Position numbers and translations under genes: made by a program. The notes below the pieces were generated by a model. It had not been told where the DNA came from. It ran no database searches and worked only from the letters and a program-made list of their open reading frames with translations. DNA of 64,000 bases. It comes from Elusimicrobiota bacterium (lineage in GTDB: Bacteria; Elusimicrobiota; Elusimicrobia; Elusimicrobiales; UBA9959). Shown here piece by piece: positions 26,993 to 34,254 of the stretch (position 1 is the stretch's first letter; each line of letters starts with the position of its first letter). The stretch lies in contig JACRER010000018.1 in assembly GCA_016234365.1 (NCBI GenBank), positions 2,673 through 66,672 on the forward strand, written 5' to 3'.

Positions 26993-26993
26993 G

Positions 26994-27833
26994 TCAACCG
27001 CCAAGGTCGTATTCCAGTTCGGCCTCTTCGTTGACGTAGAGGTCGGAGTTACGGTAAGCGGAAACGTCCACGCCGCGGCGAGCGAGGAATTCCAGCGCCA
27101 GTTCCTTATAAGCCAGCGCGCCGCGCGAGCTGGGGTCGTAGACAAAAATGGGCTGCCCGTAGCTGGGCGCCTCGGCCAGGCGCACGTTGCGCGGGATCAC
27201 GGTTTTATAAAGCCGCTCGCCGTAGTAGCGCCCTATCTCTTCTTTCACCTGGTTGGCCAGGTTAATGCGGGAGTCGTACATGGTAATAACGCCGCCGTCG
27301 ATCCTGAGGCCGGGATTAAGCGCCTGGCGGATCTTCTCGACGGTGTTTACAAAGTAAGCCAGGCCCTCCATGGCGTAGTACTCGCACTGCACCGGCGTAA
27401 TTACCGAATTGGAGGCGTTCAGGGCGTTCACCGTTAAGAGCCCCAGCGAAGGCGGGCAGTCTATAATGATGAACTTATACATATCCTTTATTTTGTCGAG
27501 CGAGCGCTTAAGCACGGTCTCCCGGGAGAACTCGCTAACCAGCTCTATCTCGGCACCGGCCAGGTTGTGGCTGGTAGGCACAATGTCCAGCCACTCCACC
27601 GACGTCTGGTGGATGGCCGCCTCAATGGCGGCTTTGCCGCTGAGCACATCGTAAATATTCTTGTTGTTCTTGGTAATGTCCACACCAAGGCCCGAGGTGG
27701 CATTGCTCTGCGGGTCAAAGTCTATAAGCAGCGTCTCGTGGTCGAAGGCGGCAAGCGCCACCGCAAGGTTAATGGCGGTGGTGGTTTTCCCCACCCCGCC
27801 CTTCTGGTTAGCTATAGCTACTATTTCAGCCAT
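26994..27833 (-). CDS. parA: chromosome partitioning ATPase ParA/Soj
   Basis: Deviant Walker A NQKGGVGKTTT and full-length ParA similarity. Has a ~25-aa C-terminal extension. Confidence 0.95.
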   Translation of the reverse strand: MAEIVAIANQKGGVGKTTTAINLAVALAAFDHETLLIDFDPQSNATSGLGVDITKNNKNIYDVLSGKAAIEAAIHQTSVEWLDIVPTSHNLAGAEIELVSEFSRETVLKRSLDKIKDMYKFIIIDCPPSLGLLTVNALNASNSVITPVQCEYYAMEGLAYFVNTVEKIRQALNPGLRIDGGVITMYDSRINLANQVKEEIGRYYGERLYKTVIPRNVRLAEAPSYGQPIFVYDPSSRGALAYKELALEFLARRGVDVSAYRNSDLYVNEEAELEYDLGG

Positions 27834-27859
27834 ACAAGTCCTTTATCGTTGCCGGGGCT

Positions 27860-27875
27860 GTTTTCACGTGAAACA
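27860..27875. promoter_or_regulatory. parS-like site 1
   Basis: GTTTTCACGTGAAACA matches the canonical parS TGTTTCACGTGAAACA at 14/16. Lies between the parA -10 element and the start codon. Confidence 0.75.
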
Positions 27876-27890
27876 CAACCCCGAAACCTT

Positions 27891-27919
27891 ATTCTATAGT
27901 TTTAACGCCAGCTAGTCAA
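27891..27919 (-). promoter_or_regulatory. candidate parA promoter
   Basis: Minus strand reads TTGACT-17 nt-TAGAAT (-35 at 27914-27919, -10 at 27891-27896), bracketed by the two parS-like sites. Confidence 0.5.
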
Positions 27920-27927
27920 TATGTCCT

Positions 27928-27943
27928 GTTTTCACGTGAAACT
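27928..27943. promoter_or_regulatory. parS-like site 2
   Basis: GTTTTCACGTGAAACT matches the parS consensus at 13/16. Shares the 17-mer CTGTTTTCACGTGAAAC with site 1. Confidence 0.7.
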
Positions 27944-28247
27944 ATTTATCACCCATACGCTTGGCGGCTTCCGCGGCATCTATCTCCCCCCGCTCCAGGT
28001 CTGCCAGTATTTTGGAAATATTCCCCTCCCCGCGCTCGCGCCGGGCAGAGAATTTGTGCGCCCACCAGTGCCGGCCAAAGAGCGCGTCCCATATAGACAT
28101 AAGCCCTATAGCCACAATAACTATGGGCCAATCCCTGCCCATGCGGAAAGAAAGGCTAATATAACCCAGGTTGCTCGCCCAGATAAGGGCGCCAACCCCC
28201 GCTATTATCAAACCCCAAAAGAATTTCCTCATACTGAATGCCAACAT
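27942..28247 (-). CDS. small membrane protein with a C-terminal SHOCT-like helix
   Basis: Two or three TM helices (FFWGLIIAGVGALIW, WPIVIVAIGLMSIW), then ADLERGEIDAAEAAKRM. Confidence 0.55.
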   Translation of the reverse strand: MLAFSMRKFFWGLIIAGVGALIWASNLGYISLSFRMGRDWPIVIVAIGLMSIWDALFGRHWWAHKFSARRERGEGNISKILADLERGEIDAAEAAKRMGDK

Positions 28248-28256
28248 AGTATCCTC

Positions 28257-28616
28257 CTATTCTATGAAAATCTCGACTTTGTCCCCGCCGTCCTGCACAT
28301 CCACTATCTTCATGGGCTCCTGGCTCTCTATGGCCTCCTGGATCTTGCCCAGGTCCACATTGTAGCCCTTGTCGGCAAGCTTGGCCCTTATTTTCCCCTC
28401 TATGAAGGGCGCCATGAACTTGGCCCACCCCAGCGGCACGTTGATGTTCACCTTGGGTTCGGAGGAGCCCTCCTCATAGACGCGTATGCGCAGCAGCCGG
28501 CCGCGCTTCTCGGCGCCGCCGCCCTTGCCCAGCGCCTCCAGCAATTCCATGGCCTCCGCCGAGGAGATCTTCTTTTCCTCCAGCAGCTTCAGTATGCGCA
28601 TTTTTTCTTCGTTCAT
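28257..28616 (-). CDS. hypothetical protein with an N-terminal SHOCT-like helix
   Basis: MNEEKMRILKLLEEKKISSAEAMELLEALGKG followed by a beta-rich domain. 9-nt gaps to both neighbours. Confidence 0.55.
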   Translation of the reverse strand: MNEEKMRILKLLEEKKISSAEAMELLEALGKGGGAEKRGRLLRIRVYEEGSSEPKVNINVPLGWAKFMAPFIEGKIRAKLADKGYNVDLGKIQEAIESQEPMKIVDVQDGGDKVEIFIE

Positions 28617-28625
28617 ATGGTTCTC

Positions 28626-29024
28626 CTATTCCAAGCCTTTAAGCAGGCCCACCGCGTCCTGCGCGCTTATTTCCCCCCGCTCCAGCTTCTCCACTATCTC
28701 CAGCCGGCGCTTCTTGGCCTCCGCTTGCAGGCTCCCCAGCCCCAGCTTGTTTAGCAGAGCGTCCAGCCTGGCCTTCACGGTAGGGTAGGAAATATTAAGC
28801 TGCCTCTCCACTTCCTTTATATTACCGCGGGCCGCCAGAAAAACGCGCAGGAAATTTTCATCATCTTGCGCGAGCGCCGCGAATTGAGGAAGTTCAAAGC
28901 TTCCTTTTATGGTGGTCTTGCAATCCGAGCAGCACAACTCGGTTACGACGAGCCGCCCGCTGCAAGAAGGACATTTATTAGGAATATTCATTTTATTAAT
29001 ATCTGCCTTGATTTTATTAACCAT
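28626..29024 (-). CDS. DUF2089-type zinc-ribbon/HTH protein with a C-terminal SHOCT-like helix
   Basis: CPSCSGRL...CCSDC zinc ribbon, FLRVFLAARGNIKEVERQLNISYPTVKARLD HTH-like segment, then LERGEISAQDAVGLLKGL. An alternative start at ATG 28991 (MNIPNKCPSC) is possible. Confidence 0.7.
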   Translation of the reverse strand: MVNKIKADINKMNIPNKCPSCSGRLVVTELCCSDCKTTIKGSFELPQFAALAQDDENFLRVFLAARGNIKEVERQLNISYPTVKARLDALLNKLGLGSLQAEAKKRRLEIVEKLERGEISAQDAVGLLKGLE

Positions 29025-29040
29025 TAACTTAACTATTCAA

Positions 29041-29069
29041 ATTGTAACAGATGCCTTATGAATTGTCAA
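29041..29069 (-). promoter_or_regulatory. near-consensus sigma70-type promoter of the DUF2089 operon
   Basis: Minus strand reads TTGACA-17 nt-TACAAT (-35 at 29064-29069, -10 at 29041-29046). The leader to ATG 29024 would be very short. Confidence 0.6.
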
Positions 29070-29078
29070 GGGCAAAAT

Positions 29079-29100
29079 AAAAAACCCGCCGGAAGGCGGG
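29079..29100 (-). terminator. Rho-independent terminator downstream of the 384-aa membrane protein gene
   Basis: Minus strand reads CCCGCC-TTCC-GGCGGG followed by TTTTTT. Confidence 0.75.
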
Positions 29101-29127
29101 CCCTTTATTACGAAAAAACCTCCAAAT

Positions 29128-30282
29128 CTACCCCAAAGCCTTCACCAGGGCTGTAAGATCGCCGAGAACATCCCTAACATAACCGGCCCGCGCGTGGCCT
29201 TCCAGCTCAAAAACGGCCGCCAGAGCGTTTTCTTCGAGAGAAAGGGTGGAGAGCCCGGACTCCTGGGAAAACGTCCTGGCGGCCCCTTTAACCTCCCGCA
29301 ACGGGCGCGTCACATTTTCGGCGGAGTCGCACATAACGTCATAGCCGTCCCAGTATTCGAGCGGGGGGAGCTTGGGAAGAGAGGTCAGGTGGATGCCCGT
29401 GATGCCCGAAGGAAGCACTTTCAGCCGCACACCGCGCGCATTGGCGCAGCCGCACAGCACTTCCAGGCGGAAATGCGCGGGGGTAGTGTGCCCCTTGTGA
29501 TATTGCGCCTCTTCCTGCTCGACGTTGATCTTCACTTCCACGCCGTCGAACTCCCCGACGGAGTCGTACACCCCGTCGCGCGCAAAAAGGCCGCTCTCCG
29601 CGTCCCTGAGCCCCAATTCGCGCCCTATGGAGACGCCTTCCCTGCCCTGCTGGTACTTGAAGCCGTAATAGGCGAGCGCTATCCCGGCCAGGAAAGAAAG
29701 AACGGCCCCGGCGGCCCACGGCAGCCTCTCTCCGACGTCAAAGTTGCCCGCCGCGAGCAGGACGCCGGTAAAGATACCGCCCAGTATCATAAGGAAACCC
29801 AGAAGGGCCACCGTCCCGCGGACCAGGTTGCGCAGCCCTATGGCCCCGCCGATGACGGCATGCCCGAGAACTATGAGCAAGACGCCTCCGGGGATCATGG
29901 CAAAAGTCACAACGCTGCGCGTATGAACGCCGTTGGGGGAAAAGAGGAAACCGATAAACCCGACCACGGTAACGGCGCCGCCCAAAAGGTAAACCCAGCC
30001 CGGCGTTTCGCCCTCCCGCGGGCCTGCGGTATCGCGGCGCGCGGCCTCCCGGTAATAATTGTCCGACGGCGTGCTCAAAGCAGGGGAAAAGGGCCCGCGG
30101 CCGGGGGCGCTTTCATCGTCGGGCGGGGGGAAAAGGGCCGAGATAACGAACAGCACCATCCCCGCCAGCATCATGCCGGCCGCTATCCAGTTCAGCAGCA
30201 TACCTTCGGAGCGCTTGGCGTAGCCAAAGAGCACTATGGAAAGGAACATGAGAGGATAACCGGCTTTTTTCAGGTTCTGCAT
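29128..30282 (-). CDS. polytopic membrane protein with a C-terminal soluble domain (hypothetical)
   Basis: About 6 hydrophobic helices in the first ~215 aa, then a ~170-aa soluble region. No family recognised. The opposite-strand ORF 29194..30537 is Arg/Gly-rich and I reject it. Confidence 0.6.
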   Translation of the reverse strand: MQNLKKAGYPLMFLSIVLFGYAKRSEGMLLNWIAAGMMLAGMVLFVISALFPPPDDESAPGRGPFSPALSTPSDNYYREAARRDTAGPREGETPGWVYLLGGAVTVVGFIGFLFSPNGVHTRSVVTFAMIPGGVLLIVLGHAVIGGAIGLRNLVRGTVALLGFLMILGGIFTGVLLAAGNFDVGERLPWAAGAVLSFLAGIALAYYGFKYQQGREGVSIGRELGLRDAESGLFARDGVYDSVGEFDGVEVKINVEQEEAQYHKGHTTPAHFRLEVLCGCANARGVRLKVLPSGITGIHLTSLPKLPPLEYWDGYDVMCDSAENVTRPLREVKGAARTFSQESGLSTLSLEENALAAVFELEGHARAGYVRDVLGDLTALVKALG

Positions 30283-30305
30283 GAAAAGGATTATACTAAT
30301 AAAAT

Positions 30306-30329
30306 AAAAAGGCCCGGTTTCCCGGGCCC
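30306..30329 (-). terminator. Rho-independent terminator after the small secreted-peptide gene
   Basis: Minus strand reads GGCCCGG-GAAA-CCGGGCC followed by TTTTT. Confidence 0.7.
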
Positions 30330-30348
30330 TTTCAAAACCAACCCAGGC

Positions 30349-30522
30349 TTAAAAGTCGGCGCCGCCGCCCGAACCATCGTCGGTGTCATCGGGGCCGCCG
30401 CTGGCCGGCTTGGCTTTAACGGTCTTGGCCCCGGCCGTGGCGCAGAGCACGGCGTGGCCGGTAACGGCGCCGTAGGTCAGCGCCAGGAACAGCAGGAATA
30501 CCGCGGTAAAAAGCTTTTTCAT
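30349..30522 (-). CDS. small secreted protein (57 aa), absent from the ORF track
   Basis: GGAGGGG Shine-Dalgarno 4 nt upstream of the ATG. Product is MKKLFTAVFLLFLALTYGAVTG... (signal-like) with an acidic Gly-rich tail GGPDDTDDGSGGGADF*. Has its own terminator. Confidence 0.5.
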   Translation of the reverse strand: MKKLFTAVFLLFLALTYGAVTGHAVLCATAGAKTVKAKPASGGPDDTDDGSGGGADF

Positions 30523-30594
30523 AGCCCCTCCAAATAATGCCGCACCTGAATTTTATAAAAAATCCCGGTGCGGCGTTTTGACTTTAAACAGGCC

Positions 30595-31464
30595 CTACTT
30601 CTTGTCTATCGAAACGAACGGCACTCCTCCGCCGACGTAGCCGGGCAGCACGCCGTTCCATTTTTCAATGGCCTTCAGCTGGGCGTCCACCTTGCGCAGT
30701 TCGATGAGCTGGGGGGTGACCTGTTCGCGCTGCATGCGCAGGGCTTCGGCCTCGCCGCGGGATTTGGCTATCTGCTGTTCCGCGTCGCGCTTGGCCTTTT
30801 CAACCAGTTTCTCGGACATCTTGGCCTGCTGCTCGGCCACCTGCTTATCTTCCACGGCCTTCAGGAACTGGTCCGTGAAATCCAGGTCCACGACGGAGAT
30901 GTCGGTGACCACTATTTCCTTCTCCAGGAGTTTGGCTTTTACCACGGCGTTGAGTTCCTCCACCAGGGCCGCGCGGTTGGCTATGATGCTGTCGGCGGAG
31001 TATTTGGCCGCTATGGCCTTGAACATCTCCTGCGCCATGGGGTCCACTACGGTGTTCACGTAGTCCTTGCCCAGGTTGCGGTAAATGCTGATGGCCGTGC
31101 CCTGCTGGATGCGGTGGTTTATGGCCAGGTGCGAGGTCATGGTCTGCAGGTCCTTGGAAAAGGCCTGCGTGCGGATGTCGGCGCGCTGGATCTGGATGGA
31201 GAACTTGGTTATATTCTCGACGAGGGGCAGTTTGAAATGAATGCCCTCGCTGTAGGAATCCACTATGGAGCCCAGCCGGGTCTTTATAGCCACCTCGCCG
31301 GGCTGGATTATGAAGAACGACGAGAACGCCAGTATCGCGGCCGCCACGGCCAGCACCACCGGCCCCGAAAGTTTGCCCAAAAAGTCTTTTTCCATTTTGC
31401 CTCCGTTCTGCTTTTTAAATTCGCCCAACAGGTCCCTGAGGTCCTCAAAGAAGGAATTATCCAT
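30595..31464 (-). CDS. SPFH/band-7 (prohibitin/HflC-like) membrane protein
   Basis: N-terminal TM helix, SPFH core (IKTRLGSI...FKLPLVENI), C-terminal coiled coil rich in A/E/K/Q. Confidence 0.85.
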   Translation of the reverse strand: MDNSFFEDLRDLLGEFKKQNGGKMEKDFLGKLSGPVVLAVAAAILAFSSFFIIQPGEVAIKTRLGSIVDSYSEGIHFKLPLVENITKFSIQIQRADIRTQAFSKDLQTMTSHLAINHRIQQGTAISIYRNLGKDYVNTVVDPMAQEMFKAIAAKYSADSIIANRAALVEELNAVVKAKLLEKEIVVTDISVVDLDFTDQFLKAVEDKQVAEQQAKMSEKLVEKAKRDAEQQIAKSRGEAEALRMQREQVTPQLIELRKVDAQLKAIEKWNGVLPGYVGGGVPFVSIDKK

Positions 31465-31540
31465 ATAGTGGAATTATATATAAAAGGCCGGACAGAAATT
31501 CCGCCGGCCTCGCGCGGAATAGACTAAAATATAAGCCTCA

Positions 31541-33778
31541 ATGAAAAACCCTTTAACGAACCATCCCAGTGTTCCGCTCCTGTTCTTTCTCTCCGGCGTA
31601 AGCGGCCTGATCTTTGAAACCGTCTGGTTCCGCATGCTGATACGCGTCTTTGGCTCCACCCTTGAAGCCACCAGCACGGTGCTGGCTGTTTTTATGGGGG
31701 GACTGGCCATAGGCGCCGTGCTGGCCGGCCGCCGCACAGCGCGGCTGGACAACCCGCTCAAGCTTTACGCCATACTGGAACTGCTGGTGGCGCTGGCCGC
31801 CGCGGGAGCCACGTTCCTTATGGCGGGCCTGCCGGGCTTTCTAGCGCCCCTTCTGCCCGACGGGGCCGCCGGCACCGCGCTGGTGCGCCTGGCGGCCGCG
31901 GCGGCGGTGCTGCTGCCTCCCACCATCCTCATGGGGACCACGCTGCCCCTTTTGGTCAGCCACCTCTCCGCCGGCACTTCGGATTCCGGCGGCAAGATCT
32001 CCCGGCTTTACGCGCTTAACACGCTGGGCGCGGCTCTTGGCGTACTGGCTTCCGGCTACCTGCTGATAGGCCATTTGGGAGAAAAATATTCCGTGGCGCT
32101 GGCCGCGCTGCTCAACGCGGGCATAGCCCTGCGCATATTTTTACACAACCCCGCGCCGCGCCAGGCCGCGGAGCAGGACGAGCTGCCGGAGGCCAACGTC
32201 CCCGGCTACCGCAAATTCCTTTTTGTAATGGCCGCGTCCGGCTTCACCGCCCTGGCGCTGGAGGTGCTCTGGGCGCGCGCGCTGGTACTCACCATAGGCA
32301 ACTCGGTCTACGCGTTCTCGGCCATGCTGGGCGTTTACCTGCTGGGCATAGCCCTGGGCAGCCTGTACGCGCAGGAACGCGCAGCCACCGAAGCGGACCA
32401 GCTGCCGGTACTGGCGCGCACCCAGGCCGCCATCGCGGTACTGGCCGTCGCAGGCCTGCTGGTCTTTTACCTTATAGGGCGCACCACGCTCGACCCCAGG
32501 TACCTCTACTCGCCATTGAGCGGCGCCGCGGACATAGTGGCCCTGTTCGGCTGGACGCTGTTAATTATTTTCCCCGTCACGCTGCTCATGGGTTTCTTTT
32601 TCCCGTTGGCCGCCCAGGCCGGGGTTAAAGCCGCCGGGCGGGTGGGCGCGGTGGGCGGGCTTTATGCGGCTAACACCCTGGGCACCATCCTCGGTTCTCT
32701 GGTAACGGGTTTCGTGCTGGTACCCAACCTGGGCACCAAGTTCAGCCTCCTGCTTATAGCCCTGCTGGCGGCGCTGACCGGAGTTTATTTGGCCGGGCTG
32801 GCCGGAGAAGAAGAGAAGCGGCGCTTCACGCCCTGGTTGGGGGCCTGCGTGGGCCTGGCCCTGGCGGCCTTTATGCTGCCGGACCCGCTGCTCAACATAA
32901 TTTCCAGGCGGCTGGCGGCCAACCTGCCGGGCACCATGGTCTACTACAACGAGGAGCGGGCCGGCGCGGTAGCCGTGGTATTCACCGACGGCGGGCGCGG
33001 CAAATCCCTCTACATCAACAGCGTCGGCGTCTCCGGCAACGGCGCCGCCGGCAAGTTAATGTCCCACTTCCCGCTGCTGCTGCAGAACGACCCCAAAGAA
33101 ATGTTCATCGTAGGCCTGGGCGCGGCCAACACGCTGCACTCCGGCGTGCTGCACGGGGTGCGGGTAACGGTGGCGGAACTGGTGGCATCGGTGCGCGAGG
33201 CGGCGCCGTTGTTCATGCGCGACTGGACGGACCTGGCCCAAGCCGGCAGGTTCACGGTGCGCCTTAACGATGGGCGCAACGAACTGCTGCGCTCGCGCGG
33301 CGCCTATGACGCCATAATAGTTGACGTAACGCCGCCCATCTACAGCTCTGGTTCGGTAAACGTCTACAGCCGGGATTTTTTCGAACTGGCCCGGCGGCGG
33401 CTTACCCCGGCCGGCGTGCTGAGCGTCTGGATCCCCAAACCCTGCTTCGAAAGCGATTACTTCATGATCCTTCGGTCCATGCGGGAGGTGTTCCCGCGCG
33501 TGAACGTGTGGCATTTCCCCGGCCTGCCGGGCTTTCTGGCGCTGGGCTCCGCGCAGGACCCGAACCTGGACCCCAAAACGCTGGCCGCCCGCATAAAGCG
33601 CGGCAACGTGGGCATGGAACTGCCTTTCGTTACGCCGGAGTTCGTGCTTAAAACGCGTTTTATGGACGACGCCCAGGTGCTGGAAGGAACGGCGGCCTAC
33701 CCGCCCGTTACCGACGACCGGCCTTACACGGAATTCCCGCTGGCGCGGTTCCTGGCGTTCTCGCCGGTGTGGAATTAG
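31541..33778 (+). CDS. fused polytopic membrane domain / spermidine synthase-like methyltransferase-fold protein
   Basis: About 480 aa of TM helices (FFLSGVSGLIFETVWFRML...), then a spermidine-synthase-like domain (IVGLGAANT, YDAIIVDVTPP). Confidence 0.75.
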   Translation: MKNPLTNHPSVPLLFFLSGVSGLIFETVWFRMLIRVFGSTLEATSTVLAVFMGGLAIGAVLAGRRTARLDNPLKLYAILELLVALAAAGATFLMAGLPGFLAPLLPDGAAGTALVRLAAAAAVLLPPTILMGTTLPLLVSHLSAGTSDSGGKISRLYALNTLGAALGVLASGYLLIGHLGEKYSVALAALLNAGIALRIFLHNPAPRQAAEQDELPEANVPGYRKFLFVMAASGFTALALEVLWARALVLTIGNSVYAFSAMLGVYLLGIALGSLYAQERAATEADQLPVLARTQAAIAVLAVAGLLVFYLIGRTTLDPRYLYSPLSGAADIVALFGWTLLIIFPVTLLMGFFFPLAAQAGVKAAGRVGAVGGLYAANTLGTILGSLVTGFVLVPNLGTKFSLLLIALLAALTGVYLAGLAGEEEKRRFTPWLGACVGLALAAFMLPDPLLNIISRRLAANLPGTMVYYNEERAGAVAVVFTDGGRGKSLYINSVGVSGNGAAGKLMSHFPLLLQNDPKEMFIVGLGAANTLHSGVLHGVRVTVAELVASVREAAPLFMRDWTDLAQAGRFTVRLNDGRNELLRSRGAYDAIIVDVTPPIYSSGSVNVYSRDFFELARRRLTPAGVLSVWIPKPCFESDYFMILRSMREVFPRVNVWHFPGLPGFLALGSAQDPNLDPKTLAARIKRGNVGMELPFVTPEFVLKTRFMDDAQVLEGTAAYPPVTDDRPYTEFPLARFLAFSPVWN

Positions 33779-33784
33779 GCCGGT

Positions 33785-34060
33785 TCAATCCCACCCCATC
33801 GAATCCATTTCGGCGTCGGAAGAAGGCGGAGGCTGCTCCGCCTCTTTCTTTTTAGCGGGGAGAACTGGCGCGGGGGGGGTGAGGGGAATTTTTTGCCGCG
33901 GCGCGGCCGGGGCCTGACCAAGGGCGGAAGCGGGCACGGCCCAGTTGCGGCCAAAACGGATAGCCGGCAGCTGCCCTTTCTTTACTTTCTTGAAAACGGC
34001 GATGCGGCTGACGCCCAACAATGCGGCAGCTTCCGGTATGGAATAATATTCCCTGACCAT
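33785..34060 (-). CDS. small helix-turn-helix DNA-binding protein (excisionase/MerR-type HTH_17) with a Pro-rich acidic tail
   Basis: YSIPEAAALLGVSRIAVFKKVKKGQLPAIRFGRNWAVP. Confidence 0.7.
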   Translation of the reverse strand: MVREYYSIPEAAALLGVSRIAVFKKVKKGQLPAIRFGRNWAVPASALGQAPAAPRQKIPLTPPAPVLPAKKKEAEQPPPSSDAEMDSMGWD

Positions 34061-34070
34061 CTCGTCAAAT

Positions 34071-34086
34071 GTTAACTTATGTTAAC
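34071..34086. promoter_or_regulatory. GTTAAC-N4-GTTAAC operator-like site 1
   Basis: GTTAACTTATGTTAAC, 11 nt upstream of the HTH gene start codon. Confidence 0.5.
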
Positions 34087-34155
34087 CTGACTTTCAAGTT
34101 AAAAGTTACGGGGAATATCCCGGAGCGAACAGCCCGGACTACGGCCAAAGCGTTA

Positions 34156-34171
34156 GTTAACATATGTTAAC
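34156..34171. promoter_or_regulatory. GTTAAC-N4-GTTAAC operator-like site 2 (perfect 16-bp palindrome)
   Basis: GTTAACATATGTTAAC is its own reverse complement. Its centre is 85 bp from the centre of site 1. Confidence 0.5.
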
Positions 34172-34254
34172 CACACATTACATGCATACCCACCCCGCCC
34201 GGGAAGCAGGCCGGCATAACCGGCCAATAAAAAAATTTATATACTATTCCTTAT

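Noticed and set aside
27834-27960. Replication origin (oriC) next to parAB/parS
   Set aside because: I could find no cluster of DnaA boxes. The only near-consensus box noticed is ATATCCACA at 5272-5280, which is isolated. The window has no dnaA or dnaN genes and no clear gene-orientation switch. The parS sites alone do not define oriC.
33785-34060. Prophage or integrative element suggested by the excisionase-type HTH gene
   Set aside because: No integrase, recombinase, phage structural genes, att-like direct repeats or tRNA target are nearby. The flanking genes are chromosomal housekeeping. It is better read as a small transcription factor.
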